From Eledone cirrhosa (lineage: Eukaryota), in NCBI GenBank assembly GCA_964016885.1, contig OZ024746.1, forward strand, positions 73,780,001 to 73,844,000: DNA of 64,000 bases. The letters run 5' to 3'. Shown here piece by piece: positions 59,770 to 64,000 of the stretch. Position 1 is the first letter of the stretch, and each line of letters opens with the position of its first letter. Under the pieces are notes generated by a model, which saw only the letters and a program-made list of their open reading frames with translations, made no database searches and was not told the DNA's origin. The position numbers and the translations under genes are program-made.

Positions 59770-60865
59770 CCAGCGGGATTTGAACTCAATACGTAAAAGA
59801 ACGTGAGTGAATACGACATATAATTTACTTCGCCAATATACAGGTTATTATTTTTATTGCTGGCCTTGTGCCTAAAGTAGAAACAATTATTTTTAAAATA
59901 AGCGTCAGGTCACAAATGTAGTGAGAGGGGGTAAATCGATTAAACCAACCTCAGTAATTGTTAGGCTTTTTATTTCATCGATTCATGAAGGGTGAAAACT
60001 AAAGTTGACCTCGGCGACATCTGAATAAATCGCAACACGTATTTCGTCCGATGCTCTAATGATTCTTTCTACCAATCCTTCGATCTTAATAATGGTTTTC
60101 CTATTAAGGCACAAGGCTAGCAATTTTAGGGTGACGAAAGTCGATTAAATTGACCCCAGTGCATTACTGGTGCTTTATTTTATCAACTCCGTAAGGATGA
60201 AAGGCAAAGCTAACTTCGCGGCGGTATTTGAACTCAGAACGTGAAGGGCCATAACTATATGCTGCAAAGCATGCTGTCCGATGCTCTACCGATTCTGCCA
60301 ATCCATCGCACTCTTCGATCTTAATAATTATTTCTACTTTTGGCACAAGGCCAGCAATTATCACAGTGCATTACTGGTACTTTATTTTATCGACCCCGTA
60401 AGGATGGAAGGCAAAGTTAATCTTAATAATAATAATTGTTTCTACTTTTGGCACAAGGCCAGCAATTATCCAAGTACATTACTGGTACTTCATTTTATCG
60501 ACCACGTAAGGATGAAAGGCAAAGTAAACCTCGGCGGGATTTGAACTCAGTTCGTAAAGGGACGTAACTCTATGCTGGAAAGCATGGCGTCAAACCCTCC
60601 ACCGATACTGCCAATCCAGCTCCTTAATGTTTTAATAACAATGATCTTAATAATAATAACGCTTTCTGATTTAGGCATAAGGCCAACAATTTTGGGGGAG
60701 AGGAAAGTCGATTACATCACCCCAATGCATTACTGGTACTTTAATTTATCAAGCCCGTAAGGATGAAAAGCAAAGCTAACCACGGCAGGTTTTGAACTCA
60801 GAATGTAAAGAGTCTGAAGGAATGTTGCAAAACATTTTACCCAACGCTTTACCGATTGTGCCAAA
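59770..60865 (-). mobile_element. Cluster of about 6-7 SINE copies and fragments
   Basis: Repeated GGCACAAGGCCAGCAATT...CTGGTACTTTATTTTATCGACCCCGTAAGGATGAAAGGC. Confidence 0.88.
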
Positions 60866-61375
60866 TAAAAATAATGAAGAGAATAACATTCAAAATGTCA
60901 GTTATAATCGCTTCTTTATTTGCCAGAAGGTCGACGGACGAGGGGAGCATTTACAAGAGAAAACGCCAATAATAATAATATTAATAATAATAAGCAAATC
61001 CTTTCCCTCTTATTTATGTGTGTGTAAAATCATTTTGTCATTGATAAAACATCATTTCACTAACAAGGATATAACAATGTGTAGCCTGTTGAAATAGCAT
61101 TTATCATGGTGAAATCTGAAGCAAAAGGTAAAAGGCGATATTTTTTTCTCATATATCATATGATAAACTCGGGATGTCCAGATGGTTTTTAGATGTAAGT
61201 AAACACATTGGACCAGTTATCTGTCACATTCCACCACTACGGACATGTACTTCGTTTCGTTTAGGCATGTTCGATTAGACTGGGAGATATATACTTGTAC
61301 ACGATATACTACTCGCTTATACAGAAACACACATACACACAAATCACGCTTATGTATCTGTATGTATGCATGCAC

Positions 61376-61474
<99 letters not shown>

Positions 61475-61511
61475 AATATATACATATATACATATGTATA
61501 TGTTATCTATG

Positions 61512-61542
<31 letters not shown>

Positions 61543-61551
61543 ATAACCTAT

Positions 61552-61657
<106 letters not shown>

Positions 61658-61669
61658 CATACATAACAT

Positions 61670-61700
<31 letters not shown>

Positions 61701-61900
61701 GTGGAGAAGGGGTGATTGTATATTCACAAGTATGGATAGATATCATACATAATCATACGGACGCACGAATATTTTCTTATCCAGTCACGTTTAATTTAAC
61801 ATCAACTATTTCATAAATACATTCCACAAATACACATATGTGTAACATTGTAGCTTCATCAGTACACATACACATGGACATGTACACACACACACACACG

Positions 61901-61939
<39 letters not shown>

Positions 61940-62384
61940 GAACATAAATGTATCTGCACTCAAAAAGACTATAATATATATGTACAGATGTACCAGCAGC
62001 ATCTCATTGTATGCAATTTTATATACACACTGTACTCATGCACGCACATATATATTTATATACAGAAATATCTTGTAATCATAAAGAAAATATTAATTTT
62101 TGTACTAAAGGTTTGATAGAGAGCTCAATAATAGCCAAAAATAAACAGGTGTAATATTAAGTATTATGAGGTATATTTAAAATGAAGAGTTACTTGAAAA
62201 TAGTATTATGTATGTATGTATGGCCCCATAACTTCTGAAAAGTTGTAGAAAATATTGAGAAACGACGTTTCTTGTCTTTGGCATTTTAAGCCTGGCGGAA
62301 CCCATCTGTGTGAAGAAAGAATTGCCAGTGATTAAATGAACTTTTGATTTATAAGCAAATTGTAACTCTCTCTCTCTTTACATA

Positions 62385-63000
62385 TAATAATTGTTTCTAC
62401 TTTTGGCACACGGCCAGCAATTATCCAGTGTATTACTGGTACTTTATTTTATCGACCCCGTAAGGATGAAAGGCAAAGTTAAGCTCGGCGGGATTTGAAC
62501 TCAGACCATAAAGGGCCGTAACTCTTTGCTACAAAGCATGGCGTCAGACCCTCTACCGATACTGCCAATCCACCGCCCTTTATATATATATAATAATAAT
62601 ATATATAATAATAATTGTTTCAACTTTAGGTACAAGGCCAGCAATTATCCCAGTGCATTACTGGTACTTTATTTTATCGACCCCGTAAGGATGAAAGGCA
62701 AAGTCAACCTCGGCGGGATTTGAACTCAGATCGTAAAGGGACGTAACTATGCTGGAAAGCATGGCGTCTGACCCTCTACCGATACTGCCAATCCACCAAA
62801 CGAAAGATAATAATAATTGTTTCTACTTTTGGCACAAGGCCAGCAATTACCCAGTGCATTACTGGTACTTTATTTTATCGATCCCGTAGGGATGAAAGGC
62901 AAAGTTAACCTCGGCGGGATTTGAACTCAGATCATAAAGGGACGTAACTCTATGCTTCAAAGCATGGTGTCCGAATCTCTACCGATACTGCCAATCCACA
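62385..63000 (-). mobile_element. Three consecutive full-length SINE copies
   Basis: ~62385-62578, ~62610-62797 and ~62812-63000, all in the same orientation. Confidence 0.92.
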
Positions 63001-63007
63001 AGTTAAT

Positions 63008-63312
63008 AATAATAAACGAAAGATATATACTTTATATTATCTCTATTTATTTCATTACATATATTTCGAAGCTGCAAGTTTTATGTATAACATAAGCCAG
63101 AACATGTCTACTTCAGACATATGCTTGGTGGTCACCGCTCTGTCCAGCTCGTTGGTTACAAGCATATCATGAAAAATTATACATCTCATATGTATTTTGT
63201 CTGAAGAGGACATGTCCTGGTTTATGTTATATATAAAATATTTCATCTTCGAAATCTATATAATGAAATAAATAGAAATGATATAAAGTATATATCTTTC
63301 GTTTATTACTAT
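63008..63312. mobile_element. Old head-to-head fold-back with hammerheads
   Basis: Diverged arms ~63008-63120 and ~63197-63312. Plus strand 63193-63270 reads TATTTTGT-CTGAAGA-GGA.ATG...CAT.TTC-GAAA-TCTATA-TA-ATGAAATA; the left arm core reads CTGAAGT. Confidence 0.7.
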
Positions 63313-63962
63313 TATTATTGCTTTTCTATTGCTTCAGATTTCTTGCAGGGGGACAACAGACATTAGATAATAGGTGAAGTGAGTAGGGTCCCGAAACGGA
63401 TCTACAGGACAGAATGTTGTGAACTCTGGATTTGTATTCAGCCATACGGTAAAAAAATCCGGCCTAATCCTCATCTTCGGTTAATCAATCTCTTGGTATA
63501 CCTTTATTGTAATTTACCATATCAACATCTTTTTATGAAAGCATATAGACATTGTTTCTGGCTTGGCGTTTTATTTATCTGTTGTTTTTGGTAAACATAC
63601 ATTAGATTATTCAGTTTTACGTTGTGAACATCGTTTAGTTCGTTTCATATTATAACATGATGCTCTCAACGATAGATTATTTCATGTCGAAATGATCAAC
63701 ACATTTCCTCAATTGCCACACATAACCGGATCAGACTGTTCCATTCCTCTTTTAATATATTCTAGATATACTTTTAACAAAATTTAAACAACTTAGAGTG
63801 AAGATAATATTTACGTGATAGACTTTCAGAAATATATACTAAAGCTCATTTAAGGAGTATTTCCTTAACAATACTTTACTACTAATATAAGCAATATCAA
63901 CTTCTTAGGCGCTACATTATGTAGAGAGATAGGTAGATATCACGCATATAGAACGCTGAATG

Positions 63963-64000
<38 letters not shown>

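Overview
AT-rich, microsatellite-saturated animal genomic DNA with no intact host gene visible. The SINE family and repeat landscape suggest an octopus or other cephalopod (inference, not verified). The window is almost entirely mobile DNA: two near-full-length decayed Tx1/L1-clade LINEs plus fragments; CRE-, R4- and RTE-type relics; a Helitron fragment; Penelope-like (GIY-YIG) elements; about 20 tRNA-derived SINE copies; and a 63-bp minisatellite. The main hidden signal is RNA catalysis. I can fold at least 12 complete or near-complete type I hammerhead ribozymes (HHRs) from about 8 unrelated sequence families, almost all in elements inserted in (TA)n and often arranged as head-to-head fold-backs with a one-sided tail. 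The best candidate for an undescribed system is a non-coding ~430-bp tandem unit with one HHR per unit (20873-22500; relatives at 37237-37758 and 54086-54127). It looks like a non-LTR retrozyme (circular-RNA-producing retroelement) that may be mobilised by Penelope-like machinery and has fixed termini. All structures were folded by eye; no activity or database evidence is available.
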